DNA of 64,000 nt from an uncultured Planctomycetaceae bacterium (lineage in GTDB: Bacteria; Planctomycetota; Planctomycetia; Pirellulales; PALSA-1355), in NCBI GenBank assembly GCA_963785305.1, contig CAWAUV010000009.1, positions 448,001-512,000 on the forward strand, given 5' to 3'. Under the pieces are notes generated by a model that saw nothing but the letters and a program-made list of their open reading frames with translations, was not told where the DNA came from and searched no databases. Below, piece after piece: positions 12,699 to 23,460 of the stretch; position 1 is the stretch's first letter, and each line of letters starts with the position of its first letter. Both the position numbers and the translations under genes were made by a program.

Positions 12699-13187
12699 AT
12701 GCTCCAGGGACAGAGTTTGCCGGATTGGAGTGTTTTATTAGAAGGAGACTTCCATTTGGGTTACGACATCGAGCGGCGGACCAACTTGGCGAAGCAACTT
12801 AAGGCCGCGCGGCAACGAGCGGCTTTGAGCGCCAAGGACGCGGCCGAAAAGCTGACCGGGCTGGGCGTGGCTTGCTCGCGCGGAACCTTGCTCGCTTGGG
12901 AGCGCGGCGGTGGACGCACCTCGCGCGAGCCATTCGCCAGCGATCTCGGCACGCTCGCCCGGGCCTACGATTGCTCCGTCAGTGATTTCTTCAATCGGAT
13001 CGCCCAGCCCGCCGCGAGCGTCGATGGCCACGCGCGACCCGATGCGAGAGGTATCTTCGAGCCCCACTTCGATGGCGACGGCAACCATGATGGCCGATTG
13101 CCCGACAATGTTCCGCATCGCGACGCAAGCAATGTTCGCGCGGAGGCGACGACCCAACACCCTGTTGAAATATCAACAGGCCGCTAA
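12699..13187 (+). CDS. XRE-family helix-turn-helix protein (start uncertain)
   Basis: LAKQLKAARQRAALSAKDAAEKL...SRGTLLAWERG...LARAYDCSVSDFF. Confidence 0.75.
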   Translation: MLQGQSLPDWSVLLEGDFHLGYDIERRTNLAKQLKAARQRAALSAKDAAEKLTGLGVACSRGTLLAWERGGGRTSREPFASDLGTLARAYDCSVSDFFNRIAQPAASVDGHARPDARGIFEPHFDGDGNHDGRLPDNVPHRDASNVRAEATTQHPVEISTGR

Positions 13188-13293
13188 CCCGGAATCGCGT
13201 CGATCGTTAGTCGCCAAGTCCGAGCACCCGGGTCGGCCGCGTTTCGTTGTGTTTGCCGTTCGTTGCGTTTGCGAAACGCATGCGCCCGTTTTT

Positions 13294-13692
13294 TCAACTA
13301 GCGAGCCGCTGCTGGCGGAATTGCTCGATGCCCTGACGCGGAGCATGGCTCGCGAGCGGCGAAACGACGAAGCGGGATGCGGTTCGCCGGATTCCGCCCG
13401 CGGCCGCCAAACGCGCTTGTTCCGCCGCCTTGATGCGTCGCACGCGGCAAAGCCGGCAGGGCGCATAGACTCGGCCCCCGCATTCGTCACATCGAATCAG
13501 CGGCCCCGGAAGTTCGTCGAGCAATTGCTGGCGCTTGGCCTCGCGGCGGGCCTCGTAGTCGGGCCGGGCGCCATTGGCGATGCTGCTTACGGTGGCGCGA
13601 CTTACGCCGGCCTTTCGGGCGATTTTGCGTTGCGAGAGCGACCCTTCGGCCAGCAGTCGCTCGATTTCCTGGATTTTGAGGGGCGCGATCAT
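13294..13692 (-). CDS. HTH protein with a CxxC-x7-CxxC zinc-binding motif
   Basis: LSQRKIARKAGVSRATVSSIANG and RCDECGGRVYAPCRLC. Confidence 0.75.
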   Translation of the reverse strand: MIAPLKIQEIERLLAEGSLSQRKIARKAGVSRATVSSIANGARPDYEARREAKRQQLLDELPGPLIRCDECGGRVYAPCRLCRVRRIKAAEQARLAAAGGIRRTASRFVVSPLASHAPRQGIEQFRQQRLAS

Positions 13693-14073
13693 GGTTCGAC
13701 TCCTTGAAGTTTAAGGCGCCTTGGAGGCGGTGAGGGGGGAAAGCCCGCGCGGATTTCGGCCGGTTTCGCGCTAAATTCGCGAGTTTGTTGACCATCGCGA
13801 GGGTCGAACCGGGGAGTGTCCGACGCGTGGCCCCAATCGCCCGATGTCGCGGTGAAACGGCGAAACCCGACCAAGCCTGCGGCATATTAAACCAAGAAAT
13901 GGCCAACTTTCAACCATTAAAATGGACACATTTTTGTTCGTTTTTGTGCCATTCGGGCAGCGCGTCTCTTGGAAATGGGCACGATATACTCGAAAATTTC
14001 AGGGGAATCGGCTAGAATGCCGACGTTCGGCAGCGCAGGACAATTTGCTCCCCGGGCAAAATTTTGGGCACAA

Positions 14074-14331
14074 ATGACGCTGGAATCCTATTCGCCCGAT
14101 GAACTGGACCAACTCGCCCTGCGAGCGCTGGATGTGTGCGCTCGTTTGCGCCAGTTCGCGCAAACGAGCCGCTCCGAGGAGCTCGGCGCGGTGGAGTTGC
14201 ACGAAAAGAAGGCGCTCGAGTGGCTCGGCCGGCTCGAAGAATGGCTTCAGAAGACCGAAGCCGACTTGGCGGTGCAAACCCTCAAGAACCGCGGCCGCAA
14301 AAAAGCGAACGCGATGCGCGCGAAAGAATGA
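14074..14331 (+). CDS. Hypothetical small helical protein
   Basis: MTLESYSPDELDQLALRALDVCARLRQ...; coding-like composition. Confidence 0.6.
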   Translation: MTLESYSPDELDQLALRALDVCARLRQFAQTSRSEELGAVELHEKKALEWLGRLEEWLQKTEADLAVQTLKNRGRKKANAMRAKE

Positions 14332-14498
14332 GGTGAGCAATCATTGTTCATTTTTCGGCGGCAGACCCAAACGGAACATTGAAACCCCCGTTTACGTTGA
14401 CTTTGACGGCTGGCGAAGAATGCTTGTGCCCGCGCTCGGCGGTTCGCCGATGATAGCATCGCGGAGACTCAACGCATTATCTGTAATCGGTGAACGCC

Positions 14499-14588
14499 AT
14501 GCCCATTCCCTATATCAACGCCATGCTCGGCGCCGCGTTCATCGTTGTTTGGGCCATCGCCGGTCGCATTGTCTTCACGACTCGCTAG
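14499..14588 (+). CDS. Putative 29-aa single-TM peptide
   Basis: MPIPYINAMLGAAFIVVWAIAGRIVFTTR*; below the ORF-track cutoff; ggtga lies upstream of the ATG. Confidence 0.45.
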   Translation: MPIPYINAMLGAAFIVVWAIAGRIVFTTR

Positions 14589-14812
14589 TCGGAATGCTCG
14601 GCCGCCGGGCCCGCTTCGCCGCGTGGCCCGCCTCGGGCGATGCCCCGCGCCGCCTCCCGGCTTCCAAGTCGACGCGGCCCCCGTGGCCCCGCGCTTGACG
14701 CTCGCGCCGGCAGGATGCAATATAAGCAAACGCATTTTGCCGCTGCCGACGGATGCGAGCCGCTAGCCTTCGCGTCGTCCGAGCGTTTCTCTTTGCCCCC
14801 AGAGCAATTAGC

Positions 14813-15403
14813 ATGGCCTCGAGTGCGAGCCCGTCGAATATCCCATTGCCCGCGCCGCCGCCGCGCCGGAGTTTTTTGGCCAAGCTGGCCACGGTGCTGA
14901 TCGGCGCGGTCGTGGTGTTGTTTCCCTTTCTGGCCGGGGCGTTTGTCGTCTCCGATCCCTTGCGAAAGGCGAAAGACCAAGCCGGCAAAATCAAATTCCT
15001 GCGCGTCTGCGAGCTCGAGGCGGTGCCCGACGACGGCATTCCGCGCGCCTTTCCGATCATTGCCGATCGCCAGGACGCCTGGACGCGGTTTCCGGCCGAG
15101 TCGATCGGCACGGTGTATTTGATTCGCGACCCGGGGCAAAGCACGGTGCGCGTGTTCAACGCCATTTGCCCCCATGCCGGGTGCTTGGTCGGATACTTGG
15201 CCGCGAAGAAATATTTCCAGTGCCCTTGCCACACGAGCGCCTTCGGACTCGATGGCGAGATTCTGGCCGAAGTGAGCTCCGTGTCGCCGCGCGGCATGGA
15301 CTCGCTCGACTGCGAAGTTCGCTCCATCGATGGCGGAGCGGAAGTGTGGGTGAAGTTCGAAAATTTTCAGACGGGTCTCAAAGAAAAGATTCCCACCGTA
15401 TGA
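14813..15403 (+). CDS. Rieske 2Fe-2S subunit of a bc-type complex
   Basis: RRSFL Tat-like motif plus TM; CPHAGC and CPCH. Confidence 0.9.
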   Translation: MASSASPSNIPLPAPPPRRSFLAKLATVLIGAVVVLFPFLAGAFVVSDPLRKAKDQAGKIKFLRVCELEAVPDDGIPRAFPIIADRQDAWTRFPAESIGTVYLIRDPGQSTVRVFNAICPHAGCLVGYLAAKKYFQCPCHTSAFGLDGEILAEVSSVSPRGMDSLDCEVRSIDGGAEVWVKFENFQTGLKEKIPTV

Positions 15404-17286
15404 CGACCCTGCTCGACTGGCTCGAACATCGCACCGGTTTGCGCTCCCTGCGGCGCGAACTGCTCTACGACAATATTCCCGGCGGCGCTCGCTGGCGCTA
15501 TGTGTGGGGCAATGCGCTCGTGTTTGCCTTCTTCATGCAGGTGGTCACCGGAATTTCGCTGTGGATGAACTATAGCCCGGGCTCGCAAAGCGCCTGGGAG
15601 AGCGTGTACTACATTCAGTACCACATGCAAGGCGGGTGGCTCTTGCGTGGCATGCATCACTACACGGCCCAGGCCATGGTGGTGCTCTTGGCCGTGCATC
15701 TATTGCAAGTGGTGATCGATGGCGCCTATCGCGCGCCGCGCGAGTTCAACTTCTGGATCGGTCTGATTCTCTTGCAAGTCGTGCTGGCGATGGCCCTCAC
15801 CGGCTACTTGCTCCCCTGGGACCAGCGCGGCTATCGGGCCACGGCGGTGTCGACCAATCTGATGGGCATCACGCCGATCGTCGGGCCGACGCTCCAGCGA
15901 CTCGTGATCGGCGGGGCCGAATTCGGCAATCTCACGCTCACTCGCTTTTTCGCGCTCCACGCCGGCCTGTTGCCGGGAATTCTGATGCTGCTTGTGTGCC
16001 TGCATGTCGCGCTCTTTCGGCGCCACGGGCTCACCGTGCGGCAGCAAGCGCTCGTGGGCCCGAAGCGCCGCCCCGACGCCCCGCGCTGGCCCGATCAGGC
16101 GCTCCGCAACGCGGTCGTGTTTCTGGCGGTGCTCGCGTGTGTCTTGCTGCTCGTCTTCAAATCGGTGGTGACGTCCGATGGCAGAATCGACTTCGCCCAC
16201 GCCCAACTTGGCGCCGAACTCGGCGCGCCGGCCGATCCCGCGAATCAATATCCCGCCGCGCGGCCCGAGTGGTACTTCCTGTTTCTCTTTCAATTGCTGC
16301 GTTATTTTCCGGGCGAAAGCGAGATCTATGGCGCGATCGTGTTGCCCGGCGCCATCTTCACGTTCTTGGCGCTCATGCCGTTTATCGGCCGCGCGACGTG
16401 GGGACATCGCTTGAACGTGACCGTGGTGCTGTTGCTGTTCATCGCCGCCGGCGCGTTGACCGGCATTGCCCTGAACGCCGACTATCGCGGACCCGACTCG
16501 GGCGAATTTCGCAAAGCGGTGGCCGACGCGCATGAAGAAGCCGAGCGGGCCGTGCAACTGGCCAGTGCTCCGAGCGGCATTCCGCCCACGGGCGCGATCA
16601 CCCTCTTGCGCGACGACCCAAAGACCGAGGGGCGCCGCTTGTTCGGCCGCCACTGCGGATCATGTCACGACAATGCGATCCAAGCCGCCACTCGGAATCC
16701 GCCCGAAGGTCAAAACGCGCTCGATGGCGCCCCGAACCTCGCCGAGTTCGCCTCGCGACCTTGGATCGCCGGGCTGTTGGACGCGAAGCGCATCGCCGGG
16801 CCCGACTATTTCGGCCGCACCGCCCATCACGCGGGCGAGATGGTGGAATTCGTCGAAGGCGATCTCAAGAAATGGACCCCGATGGATATCGACAATGTGG
16901 TGATGGCTCTCTCGGCCGAAGCCCACCTTCCGCGGCAAGCCAAGCAAGACGCCGACGAGGAAACTCGTATCGGCGCCGGACGCATCAAGATTTCCGATTC
17001 GGCCGAGGGCTGCGCTCAATGCCACAAGTTTCACGAAGCCGGCGCCGATACCGATGGCCCCGACCTCACCGGCTACGGCTCGCGCGAATGGATCATTGCC
17101 ATCGTGCGCAACCCAGCCGACAAGCGATTCTACGGCGAGAAGAACGACCGCATGCCGGCCTTCGCGCATCCGCCCGGTTCGATCCGCAATCGCCTCTCGG
17201 AAAAGCAACTCGGCCTGATCGCGGATTTCTTGCGGCGGGAATGGTATGAACCGGCCGATTCGCAACCGGGAGCGGACGCGAAATAA
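15400..17286 (+). CDS. Cytochrome b fused to a di-haem cytochrome c region
   Basis: GWLLRGMHH, TGYLLPWDQ, LTRFFALH, PEWY; CGSCH and CAQCH; ATGA overlap with the Rieske gene. Confidence 0.92.
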   Translation: MTTLLDWLEHRTGLRSLRRELLYDNIPGGARWRYVWGNALVFAFFMQVVTGISLWMNYSPGSQSAWESVYYIQYHMQGGWLLRGMHHYTAQAMVVLLAVHLLQVVIDGAYRAPREFNFWIGLILLQVVLAMALTGYLLPWDQRGYRATAVSTNLMGITPIVGPTLQRLVIGGAEFGNLTLTRFFALHAGLLPGILMLLVCLHVALFRRHGLTVRQQALVGPKRRPDAPRWPDQALRNAVVFLAVLACVLLLVFKSVVTSDGRIDFAHAQLGAELGAPADPANQYPAARPEWYFLFLFQLLRYFPGESEIYGAIVLPGAIFTFLALMPFIGRATWGHRLNVTVVLLLFIAAGALTGIALNADYRGPDSGEFRKAVADAHEEAERAVQLASAPSGIPPTGAITLLRDDPKTEGRRLFGRHCGSCHDNAIQAATRNPPEGQNALDGAPNLAEFASRPWIAGLLDAKRIAGPDYFGRTAHHAGEMVEFVEGDLKKWTPMDIDNVVMALSAEAHLPRQAKQDADEETRIGAGRIKISDSAEGCAQCHKFHEAGADTDGPDLTGYGSREWIIAIVRNPADKRFYGEKNDRMPAFAHPPGSIRNRLSEKQLGLIADFLRREWYEPADSQPGADAK

Positions 17287-17300
17287 GGTTCCGGCGATTC

Positions 17301-17959
17301 ATGGCGCGACGACTGCATGACTACCGCGTTTTCTGGCGCGAGTTTCAACAAAACTTTCATACCACCGGCGCGGTGCTTCCGAGCGGAGCGCCGCTGGCCC
17401 GCGCCTGTGCGCCATGTCGGCTGTTCGGATCGGCCAATGCGAGTCCTGGAGGTTGGGCCCGGCACCGGGGCGGTGACGGCGGCCATTGTGCGCTCGCTCG
17501 GCGCGGGCGACGCGCTCGATCTGGTGGAGCTCAACGAACAATTCGTGCTCGCGCTGCGGCGCCGATTCGAGACCGAGCCCGCGTTTCAGGCCGTGGCCGC
17601 GCACTCGGGTCTTGCATCAACCGGTCGAATCGCTCGAGGAAGAAGCGCCCTACGATGTGATCGTATCGGGCCTGCCGCTCAACAATTTCGCGGCGGCGGA
17701 CGTGGAAAACATTCTGCGGATTTTTCGGCGGCTGTTGCGATCCGGCGGCACGCTGTCGTTTTTCGAATACATCGCCATCCGCGCTGCCCGCGCCGTGGTC
17801 AGCTCGGGCGCCGAGCGGGCCCGGCTCAAGGGCATCGGCCGCGCGCTCGACGGCCTGCTGGGTCCCCATGATTCGCGCCGCGAATGGATCTGGCCCAATA
17901 TCCCCCCAGCCTGGGTCCATCATGTTCGCCTGCCGCCACTGGAGAGCGAGCAGGTCTGA
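17301..17959 (+). CDS. SAM-dependent methyltransferase (phospholipid N-methyltransferase-like); two frameshifts
   Basis: TGAVLPS, VLEVGPGTGAVT, YDVIVSGLP, NIPPAWV across three frames. Confidence 0.75.
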
Positions 17960-18043
17960 TGGCGCCCCCATGACGCCGGGCGGGGGTTGGGGTAGGATGC
18001 ATGGTTTTCATCCGCGGCCTGCTAGGCCGCTTGGGGTTGCACC

Positions 18044-19306
18044 ATGAAACAGGCACATGCCCGCGCGAGCCGGCCAGCGACGAGCGGCGATCATGCTCGC
18101 GACGCCGCGGGCCGCGAATCCATCGACGATGCGGAAGGCCACGACGCGGAAGATGCCGGGTCCGGCGAGCGGCTGCAAAAAATTCTCGCGGCGGCCGGCA
18201 TCGGAAGTCGCCGCAAGTGCGAGGAGTTGATCCTCACCGGGCGCGTCGAGGTCGATCGTCGGGTAGTCACCCATCTCGGCGCCAAGGCCGATCCGGCGCG
18301 GCAGGAGATTCGGCTCGATGGCGCCGCCCTGCCTCGCGTTCGGCTTGTGCATTATGTCGTGCATAAGCCGCCGGGCGTGGTCTCGACGAACTACGATCAG
18401 GCCGGCCGACCGCGCGTGGTCGATCTCGTGCCCCGGCGCGACAATGAGCGATTGTTCGCCGTCGGGCGGCTCGATTTATCGAGCGAGGGCCTGATGCTGC
18501 TCACCAACGATGGCGAGCTTGCCAATCGGCTCACGCACCCACGCTATGGAGTCGAAAAAACGTATCTGGCCGAAGTGGCCGGCGCGGTCGATCGCAACGC
18601 GCTCGCCAGTTTGCGAAAGGGCGCCCATCTGGCCGAGGGCTTTGCCCGCGTGGCCTCGGCCCGAGTTCGCACCGAATGGAAAAAAAGCACGCTGCTCGAA
18701 ATCGTGCTGGCCGAGGGACGCAACCGCGAGATTCGCCGACTGCTGGCCCGCGAGGGCCACAAGGTGCTGCGGCTCACGCGGATCGCGCTGGGTCCGCTGC
18801 GGCTGGGAGAGCTTCCGCCGGGAGCGTGGCGGCCGATCGAGCCCAGCGAGCTGCGCGCCTTGCGGCATGCGGCGTTTGCCGGAAAAGAGGTCAAGCGCCG
18901 CAGGCGGTCGAAACCCGCGGCCCAGCGGCCTCAAGTGAAAGCGCCGCTCGAGAGCGGCCCGACCGTCATTGGCGGCGACCGCGAGGAACCGCGACCCGAG
19001 GCCGCGAAATTCGCCCGCCCCAAGCCCGGCGCCGCCAAATCGCGGCCCGTGAAATCGCGGCCCATGAAATCGGGCGCTCGAACGTCGGCCCCGCCCAGAC
19101 CGCGATCGGCCAAGGCGGGAGTTAAAACCGCGGGGATCAAAACCGCGAGACCCAAGCCCGCGAGACCCACGACCTCCGGCCCCAAAACCACCGGCGGTCG
19201 AAACTCCGGCGCTGGGCGCCCCGGCGCCAAACCGGCCCGCGGCGCCAAGGGCGAGCGGCGCCCGGCGGGAGTCCAAGGGAAGCGAGCGAGGAACGATCGT
19301 CCATGA
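18044..19306 (+). CDS. rRNA pseudouridine synthase (RsuA/RluB family) with a long basic C-terminal tail
   Basis: ERLQKILAAAGIGSRR (S4), VGRLDLSSEGLMLLTNDG, EGRNREIRR. Confidence 0.9.
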   Translation: MKQAHARASRPATSGDHARDAAGRESIDDAEGHDAEDAGSGERLQKILAAAGIGSRRKCEELILTGRVEVDRRVVTHLGAKADPARQEIRLDGAALPRVRLVHYVVHKPPGVVSTNYDQAGRPRVVDLVPRRDNERLFAVGRLDLSSEGLMLLTNDGELANRLTHPRYGVEKTYLAEVAGAVDRNALASLRKGAHLAEGFARVASARVRTEWKKSTLLEIVLAEGRNREIRRLLAREGHKVLRLTRIALGPLRLGELPPGAWRPIEPSELRALRHAAFAGKEVKRRRRSKPAAQRPQVKAPLESGPTVIGGDREEPRPEAAKFARPKPGAAKSRPVKSRPMKSGARTSAPPRPRSAKAGVKTAGIKTARPKPARPTTSGPKTTGGRNSGAGRPGAKPARGAKGERRPAGVQGKRARNDRP

Positions 19307-20216
19307 CCCACGCGCATCACGACGCCTGCTTTGCGGATCATGCATGCCAGGAATCGGCCCTCGTGCTCGAAAACGAGCGCGTCGCCCGCGATACCTACCG
19401 GCTCCGGGTCTCGGCGCCCCGGATCGCGGCGCGGATCACGCCGGGCCAGTTCGTGATGCTGCGACTAGCCGGTTTCGACGACCCGCTGCTTGGCCGCCCC
19501 CTGGCGCTTTACGACACCTTCGATGCGCCGAGCGCCGCCCCGCAAGCGAGCTCGCCAGCCGGACTCGATGTGGTGTATCTGGTGCAAGGCAAGCTGACGA
19601 CGCGACTCGCGCGGTTTATGCCGGGGCAAAAAGTCGACCTTTGGGGGCCCTTGGGCAACGGCTTTTCGCCGACTCGCGCAAAGCATCTGGTGATGGTGGC
19701 GGGCGGCATCGGGCAGACGCCCTTTCTTGCTCTCGGCGCGAAGCTCTGGGCCAGCGGCGCTATGGCCTTGCCGCCGCCGAGCGCGCGGCGGTCGTTGGCA
19801 ACGCCGCCGCGGGGCAAGCGCCGCGCGTGAGCTTGTGCTATGGGGCCCGCTCGGCCGACTTGCTGGCGGGCGTCGATGATTTTCGCGCGGCCGGCGTCGA
19901 CGCGCGCCTGGCCACCGACGATGGCTCCAGGGGGCGTCACGGCTATGTCACGGAACTGCTCCGGGAGATCATCGCCGAGTCGCCCGATTGCCAAGTGGTC
20001 GCCTGCGGCCCCGAGCCGATGTTGGCCGCAGTGGCCCGCATTGCCGAGAAGCATGCGACACCCTGCCAAGTGTCGCTCGAAACACCGATGGCGTGTGGCG
20101 TGGGCATCTGCTTTAGCTGCGTCACGCGCGTGAAAGACCCGTGCCCCGCGGGCTGGGACTACCGCCGCACCTGCGTCGAAGGTCCGGTGTTCGACGCGGC
20201 GCGGATCGTGTGGTGA
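19303..20216 (+). CDS. pyrK: Dihydroorotate dehydrogenase electron-transfer subunit; frameshift near 19740
   Basis: PGQFVML, GPLGNGF, AGGIG, ACGPEPM, MACGVGICFSC, CVEGPVF. Confidence 0.85.
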
Positions 20217-20294
20217 GCGCGGCCGAGGGTCCGATAGGCCCGCTGTTCCGATAGGCCCGCGGGTTGCGCGGGGCGGGTAGCTTGCGCGCGGCGC

Positions 20295-20576
20295 TCAGCT
20301 TGCCGGCTTGGCGGCGGTCTTGGCTTTGCGAACCACGGCGCTCAGGCGGCTCTTGAGCCGGGCGGCGGTGTTGGTGTGAATCACGCCGTGGGCGGCGGCC
20401 TTATCGACCGCCTTGGCCAGCGCCTTGAGCTCGTCGTCGGCTTTGTCCGAGTGCTTGGCGGCGGAGTCGCGCAGTTTGCGGATTTGGGTTTTGACAGTGC
20501 TCTTCACGGCGCGGTTGAAGGTGCGCCGCTTTTGGCTCTGCTTCATTCGCTTCTTGCCGCTCTTGGTGTTGGGCAT
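20295..20576 (-). CDS. rpsT: 30S ribosomal protein S20
   Basis: MPNTKSGKKRMKQ...DKAAAHGVIHTNTAARLKSRL. Confidence 0.95.
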   Translation of the reverse strand: MPNTKSGKKRMKQSQKRRTFNRAVKSTVKTQIRKLRDSAAKHSDKADDELKALAKAVDKAAAHGVIHTNTAARLKSRLSAVVRKAKTAAKPAS

Positions 20577-20668
20577 CGACAGTTCTCGTGATGGTTCTTG
20601 GGGGTTGATTCGAACTCGGTGAGCGAGCGTCGCTCGTTTCGCGGCCGTCGACAGGTGTGGGCGGACCG

Positions 20669-22048
20669 TTAAAGCCCACCATTATTGCGATGTTTGGCGA
20701 TTTTATCCAGCCATTTTGCGACATCTTTGTAGCCGTAATCCAGACTCGCCACTTCGTTGAGGTATTTTTCGGCCGAATCCACGTCTTCCAGGGCAAATGA
20801 CAGCGTGCCGGCCCGGTAGAGCACCAGCTTTCGCCGGTCGAGATCGCGCTCGAAAAGCGACTCCAGGGCCGTCGTGTAGTTGCTCAAGGCTAGTTTGTAC
20901 TGTTTGATGTGCTGGAAGCACTCGCCCAGTTCCAGGTGCGCTTCGGCCTTGAGCTTCGAGTCGCCGCGGGCCGCTTGCAGGGCCTGGATCGCCTCGTTGA
21001 TCTTGCCCGCCCGCTTGAGACGCACGCCGACCTCGAACCGGAGCCGAAGGTTGTTCGGATTTCGCTCCGCCCGCGTGCGATACACATCGGTCTCGATCCG
21101 ATTCAGCTCCACGCTCTTCCGCTTGAGAAGCTCCTTGGCCTCGGGCGTGTTTTTGCCGCGGACTTCGGCTTCGGCGAGCGCCACTTCGGCCCGCATCCGC
21201 CGCATTTGCGAATCTTCGAGCCGCTCGCGGATCGCGAGATCGTTGCCCGAGATTTCGACCGCCCTGACAAGCACTTTTTCGGCTTCGGCGAAGCGATCGT
21301 TGTTCGTGTGGAGATCGGCGAGCTCCATATAGTTGGTCAGGTCCCGCGGGTTTTTACCGATCGCTTTTTCGAGCAATTGCTCGGGCGTGAGGTGCGCCGT
21401 CAGCAGGTCGGTCGGCTTGGCGCGCACATCCTTGCTGCTTTCGGCGTCTTCGTAGCCGCCCCCGGTAATGGTTTTTTCGACCGCCAGATTGGCGATCGCC
21501 CGGGTGGCTTCTTCATCGCCGGGCTTGAGCTGCTCGACGCGCCGCCAGCAGGCCACGGCGTCGTCGTAGCGTCGCACTCGGGCCAGCGCCCGGCCGCAGC
21601 GGCGGTTCACGTCGATATCCTTGGGATTTCCGTCCAAGGCGCCTTTGAGATAGACGAGTTGGCAATCGTCGTAGTTCAGTTCGTCGCAGGCGGTGGCCAT
21701 CGTGGTAAGGGTGTAGATGTCCCAGGGATTGAGCTTGAGCATTTCCATGCCCGCCACGATGACTTGGTTCCAGTCCTTGCCCTTGTTGGCCTTCATCATG
21801 CCGGCTTTGGCGCCCGCGCCCTTGAGCCCGGCGAATTTGCCGCCTTTTTTATTGTTGCCGTATTGCTTGAAGAGATTTTCCAAGAGCGCCTTGGCATACA
21901 CCGGGTTGGCCGGATCGCCGGTCACGCATTGCACGTAGAGATTGGTGGCGTATTCGAATTGGCCTCCGGAGGCCGCGCGGCTACCATGCTCGTACAATTG
22001 TTGCAGACGCCGTTTTTTGCCTGGGCTATTTGCTTCGTCCGTCGCCAT
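20669..22048 (-). CDS. Tetratricopeptide-repeat protein
   Basis: Helical TPR-like patterns such as AHLELGECFQHIKQYKLALSNY; C-terminal DYGYKDV. Confidence 0.8.
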   Translation of the reverse strand: MATDEANSPGKKRRLQQLYEHGSRAASGGQFEYATNLYVQCVTGDPANPVYAKALLENLFKQYGNNKKGGKFAGLKGAGAKAGMMKANKGKDWNQVIVAGMEMLKLNPWDIYTLTTMATACDELNYDDCQLVYLKGALDGNPKDIDVNRRCGRALARVRRYDDAVACWRRVEQLKPGDEEATRAIANLAVEKTITGGGYEDAESSKDVRAKPTDLLTAHLTPEQLLEKAIGKNPRDLTNYMELADLHTNNDRFAEAEKVLVRAVEISGNDLAIRERLEDSQMRRMRAEVALAEAEVRGKNTPEAKELLKRKSVELNRIETDVYRTRAERNPNNLRLRFEVGVRLKRAGKINEAIQALQAARGDSKLKAEAHLELGECFQHIKQYKLALSNYTTALESLFERDLDRRKLVLYRAGTLSFALEDVDSAEKYLNEVASLDYGYKDVAKWLDKIAKHRNNGGL

Positions 22049-22277
22049 AATACTGTTCGCGTCGTTTCAACGAAAAAAAGAAGCGGGCGCCCCCCGCCAT
22101 CGACCGCCATCGCGCTGGGCGCCGCGGAGACAATTGGCCCCATGCGGCGCGAAATTCGCCGCCAATCCGTCATTCTAATCCCGTCCGCATTGCAAGACAA
22201 CGCGCGACCGGCGACTCGCCGAGATGCGGTCGCGGAGGTTGGCCGAGCAATGTCGCGACTTTTCCCTGGAAACATCC

Positions 22278-23405
22278 ATGTCCGCCGGCCCGATTCCCAC
22301 GGTTCGAAGCTCCCTCCCCGCGACGCTGCGCATCGGTCCGATCGCGCTCGATTTCCCCGTGGTGCAAGCGGCGCTGAGCGGCTACAGCGACTGGGCAATG
22401 CGCGTCATCGCCCGGCGGTTGGGCGCTCCCTACACGCTTTGCGAGGTGCTGCTCGACCAATTCGTCATTCAGGTCACGCGGGGCAAGAAGGCCGATCGAT
22501 TTCTGCGCGTGACGGATGAAGAGCATCCGGTGGCGGCTCAGCTCATGGGCGCCAATCCCGAGGACTTTGGCCCCGCCGCCCAGCGACTGGTGGCCGCCGG
22601 ATTCGATGTGATCGACATCAATTTCGGCTGCCCGGTGAAGAAAGTGCTGGGCCGGCGGCGCGGCGGTTTTCTCTTGGGCGATGTCGACACGGCGCTCGAA
22701 ATCGTCGCCCGGGTGCGCGAGGCCACTCCGCCGCATGTGCCGGTGACGGTGAAAATGCGGCGCGGCCTCGACGACACCCAGGCCAGCCGCGATCGCTTCT
22801 ATCAGATATTCGATGGCGCTTTCGAGCGCGGCGTGGCGGCGATCACGGTCCACGGCCGCACCGTGGCCCAGCGTTATATCGGCCCGAGCCGTTGGTCGTT
22901 TTTGCGCGAACTCAAAGAGCACGCCGGCTCGCGCACCGTGCTCGGCAGCGGCGACCTGTTCACGGCCCAAGCCTGCTTGGACATGATGCGCGAGACGGGC
23001 GTCGACGGCGTGACCGCGGCGCGGGGGGCGATCGGCAATCCGTGGATTTTCGCGCAGGCCCGGGCACTGGCCGCCGGAATGCCGCTACCGGGGCCGCCGA
23101 CGATCTTCGAGCAGCGCGATGTGATCGCGGAGCACTACCGCTTGGCCGAGTCGCTCTATGGCGGCGAAGCCTGCGGACGCCATATGCGAAAGTTCGCCAT
23201 CAAGTATTCGAAGCTGCACCCGCGCTCGCTTGAAGTGCGCGACGCCTTTGTGCGCGTGAGCCAGCCGGAAGAATGGCGGCGCGTGTTCGCCGAGTTGTAC
23301 TCGGTGGATGGCCCGGGCCGGCATCCCAACGAATCGGTCGACGAAAATGAATCCTGCGGCGATGCGACTGGCGGCGAAGGGGCCTGCGACCGAGGGGCGG
23401 ACTAA
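22278..23405 (+). CDS. tRNA-dihydrouridine synthase (DusB-like)
   Basis: IDINFGCPV, VTVKMRRG, ITVHGRT, GSGD, ARGAIGNPWIF. Confidence 0.88.
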   Translation: MSAGPIPTVRSSLPATLRIGPIALDFPVVQAALSGYSDWAMRVIARRLGAPYTLCEVLLDQFVIQVTRGKKADRFLRVTDEEHPVAAQLMGANPEDFGPAAQRLVAAGFDVIDINFGCPVKKVLGRRRGGFLLGDVDTALEIVARVREATPPHVPVTVKMRRGLDDTQASRDRFYQIFDGAFERGVAAITVHGRTVAQRYIGPSRWSFLRELKEHAGSRTVLGSGDLFTAQACLDMMRETGVDGVTAARGAIGNPWIFAQARALAAGMPLPGPPTIFEQRDVIAEHYRLAESLYGGEACGRHMRKFAIKYSKLHPRSLEVRDAFVRVSQPEEWRRVFAELYSVDGPGRHPNESVDENESCGDATGGEGACDRGAD

Positions 23406-23460
23406 CGTCTGTTGAATACTTCGACAGGCTGTTACCGCGCACCGCGCCAGGGGTAGCGGG

